DNA of 64,000 nt, from positions 4,216,001 to 4,280,000 of the forward strand of contig JAYWIR010000006.1 of assembly GCA_036172245.1 (NCBI GenBank). Reading direction: 5' to 3'. Position numbers and translations under genes: made by a program. Shown here one piece after another: positions 59,786-64,000 of this stretch (position 1 is its first letter; each line of letters opens with the position of its first letter). Below the pieces are notes generated by a model. That model did no database searches. It saw only the letters and a list, made by a program, of their open reading frames with translations, and had not been told where the DNA came from. The DNA comes from Raillietiella orientalis (lineage: Eukaryota).

Positions 59786-60804
59786 ATGGCTGACAAGAAA
59801 AATTCAGAACATAGCCCAGGTTTATTTAGTGAATGCCGAAAAAAGGTGATTAGTTAAAAACTGCAGCAAAGGTAATTAATGATATACTTGAGGCAGGTTT
59901 TGGTCGGTGAACTTCCTGATGATTTTTTGTCCATTCCATCAGCTGTTAATAGTTCATTAGAAGATCAGGATAACCCAGGAGCTAGGGTCTATCCAGTTCC
60001 ATCAACAGGCTTTTCATTTTATCCTCCTAATGTCATTGGTAGACTTAACATAACTGTAGTGGAAGTAGGTGGGGGCATTGGGAATAATGCTTTTATTCTT
60101 CATATGGTTTAGGCACAACTGACCAAGAATTATGGAGTGGTACGTATGGATCCTTATGTGAGGATTCGTTTGGGTCACTATGCATATGAGACTCCAACAG
60201 ATCGTAGTGGTGCAAAGAACCCTCATTGGAATCGAACTGTGCAATGTTATTTGCCACAGGGAGTATCCCATCTAAGTTTAGAAGTGTTGGATGAATGCTT
60301 GCTATCTGCTGATGAACTGATAGCATATACTAGCGTTAAGCTACCTGATACCTTACTCGCAGGATCCACAGTGGAAGACTGGTATCCTCTTTCAGGTCGT
60401 CAAGGTGATGACAAAGAGGGGCGCATCTTGCTAGTGATGAGTTTCGTGGTAAGAATCGCCATGTTGCGCTTCTCATCTGCCTGATCTGTCATAGTCTTTG
60501 CCATGTAACCCACCTGTAGTGCAACCATTCATGACAGTCTGTCAGCCAATGTATGCAGTCAATTCACACTGTTTCTTGCCTGTTACTGTCACACCCCAAT
60601 TTTCTCCTGTGGTTCCCCCAGTCCCCACACCTGCACAGATGCAGCAGGTTAGTCTTGACATTGAAAATTCTTGGTATTGTTGCTTTTCTCCAGCTGCAAG
60701 AGATGTTTCCTTCTTTGAGCACAGATGTGCTAAGCAGTGTGTTTAGTTCCCATCAGGGAAATATGGACACTATTGTTGCTGCCCTCCTGGAGATGACCAA
60801 GTGA
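59786..60804 (+). CDS. Tollip: Toll-interacting protein; join(59786-59845,59897-60064,60113-60448,60495-60647,60694-60804), 275 aa
   Basis: Four GT-AG introns (51, 48, 46, 46 bp) keep the frame. N-terminal VLVGELPDDFL; C2 domain [30 protein letters not shown]...GAKNPHWN...WYPLSGRQGDDKEG; CUE domain LQEMFPSLSTDVLSSVFSSHQGNMDTIVAALLEM. Confidence 0.95.
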
Positions 60805-62606
60805 AAATGATGCAGGTGCATGTTTGTATGTTAGTGGTGGACTGTTTAGTGTATGGATGCCAAGAATGTACTCCTCTTCACCATCTAACTGTATGCACCG
60901 AATGGCACCTGCAAATCATGTGATCTTGGAGTCTGTGGTTCGCAGTAACAAGGCAAAAAACAAGACAAAAAAAAAGACTAGGTGCTGTGCAGGTCTAAAG
61001 GTTTCTTTGGGTGTTCTGTGTGAGGAGTGCACTCTTGGGATCACAATTCTCAAGAGCAGGGATGAATCCTGTATTCTTAAATGGAGAGAAAATGACAAAC
61101 AGTTGAGTTTTTCCAGAGTTTTGAGGAGTACTGATGGAATGGGCTTGCAATAAAAGTAGAAGAGCCATGATTGTTTGGGCGTGGAAAGTTGTTGGTCACC
61201 GCAGTCACGGTGCGCTTTCTTCCCGTGTTTCACCGGACTCGTTAATTCGGCTGATGGCCGAAGTTTTCAGCAGTTGATATGCGCATCCAGCACTGCTGAA
61301 GAGAGGAAGCCAGCAGTAGCAACAGGGAGAGGCATCAGCTAGGACTTCCACTCGGATGGTTGAGCAGATTTGCGAAAAGGAGAAACTCCTTTAAAACTTT
61401 GGTTCAGTTATGGGTGGATTCCGTGATCAATCGGTAACAGCAGCATCGTGGAGCAGCTGTTGCTGATAGCAGGCGCGCAGTTTCCTGCTCCTCCGCAATC
61501 TCTATGCCGTCGTTTGCTTCGCAGCTGTACCACGCGATGCTGCGAAGCCCAGGGAGTTTCTAAAGCAGGCGTGGAACTTGCTGTGGTTGGGGCGAAGTTC
61601 CCAGCGAACAAACCCAACTCAGATGGTTGCCTGTCAGCGAAACGTGCCAGAACCTCTGGAGCATGCTCCGTTCTCCTGCGTTGCTCCCCTCGTCAGGAGA
61701 CGAAAGAAGGGACAAAGGAAAACTACGGCTTACGAACGGGAGGGGGGGGGAATGTGCACGGGGAAGCTGCCAGCTCATACAGGCGATCCGAACAGCAAAC
61801 GCGTGTGCGACGCGTTCCAGCTCCTTTCCAGGAAAGCACGTGGAGGAGGACAACCTGAGTTCCGAAGCGGCAGCGACGTGAGCCGTTGAAAGACACAGAA
61901 GCGAAACTCCGTGCAGATAGAGGAAAGTAAGAACAGAGTTTCTTCGTTCGAGGGCCGGATCTCAGGTTGTTCTCGTACCGCGCGCCTCCGCGTTGTCCCC
62001 TCGTCAACGGGCTGCCTGGGACGAGGGCGGCTGCGAGACCCAAAAGGAAGGTGGAAGAGGCCGTTCGAAACGCAAGGGGTGGTGTTCACTGAAGCTTCCG
62101 TCTTCCCTCCTCCCTGGGAACAAGCACACAGGAAAACGCGCGTGGTGAAGACCTACCTCTGCAAGCGGTGCACGGTCTCCGTGGACGGCACGGGCATTCC
62201 TGCATCTCCCCCACTCCTACGATCGCAGCAAGACTGGATGGGCGTGTTCGTTCTTCGGTGAAATTTCGACGCAATCTCTTCTGCGAAAGAGTACTTTCGC
62301 CACCCTTGCCGTCACCTTTCAGCTGGCGCTGTTGACATCCAGTAATTACGGCCGTCCAATGAAGTCCTGGTACTCAGTGGGTCGAAGCGCACCATTGCCG
62401 CACGCACAGTCATTAGACGTACGAAGAACGCTACGGGCAAAGCGCGTGTCCGGTGCGGTGTGGTAACGTCTGTTGCCTTGGGCCTTGTGGGGGGCGCCTC
62501 CTCCGTCCGCGCGTTCCGCGCTGCCAGCCGTCGCAAAATCACGGACGAAACGCGTGTTTCGAAAAACGGTGCGCGTGTGCGAGGATGACGTCATGGAACG
62601 AAACGA

Positions 62607-63152
62607 CGGTGCCACTCCAGGAGCCGCGGACGCGCACTACCGCCCATTCTGCTCCACTGCCGCTGGAGCGCCAACCGGCGAGGTGGTCTCGCGCCTTTCT
62701 CCCTTCTTTCCCCCCCATTATGCTTTCCGGCCGCGCGGTTTGCAGGTGGCGCCCACACGCGGTGCGGTCGAGCAAAGGCGGGGGTGGGCCCGCCGTCGGC
62801 CCACCCGCCTCGGCCGACGTGTGCACGCTCCGCTCGGCGAGGTTTCTCCGCCCCCACCCACGGCAAGGCGCGCAGGGTGCTCTGAGAAGGTCGCCATTTT
62901 GGGAGCCGAAGTACGGCGCCCTCCAGGAGGGACCGCGTCGGAGGAGGAGGGGTCGCAGGTGCGGTTGCGAGAGGGCGGGTGGTTTCCCGGAAGACTCCCG
63001 AGCGGGCGCTGCGGTGCCGAGGAGGACGCCGAGGGTTCTGGAGGGATCAACGAGAATCAGGAGCCGGCGGTGTCCAAGGGAGGGGACGGCCCGAGGGGGA
63101 GGCAGAGGACTTGCAGGAGGGTCATCGGCAGGACCTCGGCATGCATACAAGG
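62607..63152 (+). repeat. Dispersed repeat, copy 2 (homologous to 30134-30630)
   Basis: Same collinear blocks as copy 1, with small indels. Confidence 0.88.
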
Positions 63153-64000
63153 GAACGAAAGGTCCACGGGGAGCCGGAGAAGACATCCGAGGACGCAAGA
63201 CGAGGGAAGTCGGCAGGGATCCAAGGCAGCACTGAGACATCCAGGAAGCCTCCCAAAGGCGATTCGGTCGGCTGACCCCCTGAAGGCATCACCCGATGCC
63301 GGGACGAGAGGGCCTCCTGAGTTTTCTGTCCGCGCCTCCAGATGGAGGAGGACTCGGAGGGAGGCAGATGGTCCGCCGTCCACCCGGAGGAGCCACCCGT
63401 AGGCTGATAGCACGGCGCCCTTCCGCGTCTCTGGAGGGGAAAAGGGAAAGAAGGGGACAGCGGACGAGGGCGTTGCCGCCCTCCCCCCCCACCTCGGCGC
63501 CCCGAGGGAAGAGCGCCGTCCGCTCGGAGTGTTCCTTACAATCAGTTCCTCTTTATGGCTTTATGAACCTGGAGGTGCAGGTTTCCTTACAATAACACTT
63601 TATGCTCACGTCATAAAAAGGGAGAGGCTAATGTATCGCTCAAATTTTAACCAATACCTCTGGAAATGTTTTGTGCTGTGATTTGTTCTGCTTCTCCACA
63701 ACCACATGCAAAACACTGTGGCTAAAGGCAAAGCCGAATATTATTGCTAATAATTCACACCAGTCACATTTGCTAGTCTTCTTCTTACTAAGATCTTGTT
63801 TGGAAAGGTTTTTTATGAGTTTGTGATGAACACATTTACTTTCAGCTACTTTGGCCATATAAGATTCTATTCCGGCATGACGACATATAAGTAATAGAAA
63901 ACTAATTTTCATCCATGCGTAGACAACCTTCCAAGGGTCAGAAGTATCTGTTTTGGTTTTCCTCCTCCATTATCTTATCTCATTTTTTTTTTTTTTTCTT

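Noticed and set aside
63640..63912. 90-aa minus-strand ORF at the right edge
   Set aside because: No recognisable motif; it may belong to a gene outside the window but cannot be supported here.

Overview
Eukaryotic genomic DNA, most likely from an arthropod; no prokaryotic system or CRISPR array is visible. Two compact host genes with mostly ~50-bp GT-AG introns sit in AT-richer flanks: a FAXDC2-like fatty acid hydroxylase/sterol desaturase (minus strand, ATG 1200, running off the left edge) and a complete Tollip gene (plus strand, 59786-60804). Between them lies a ~55-kb very GC-rich region with one real coding exon (DUF4758-type Thr/Ser-rich protein, 48219-50681) and many retroelement relics. 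These include about eight 5'-truncated pieces of one L1/Tx1-like non-LTR family (three with target-site duplications, four sharing a structured, nearly tail-less 3' end), a ~750-bp tRNA-headed, A-tailed SINE-like family (two copies split by Tx1-like insertions), a 3'-truncated U6 snRNA retrocopy that folds back into a near-perfect hairpin, and dispersed and inverted repeats. Most long ORFs in the track are artefacts of high GC. All alignments and translations were made by eye; no database search was run.
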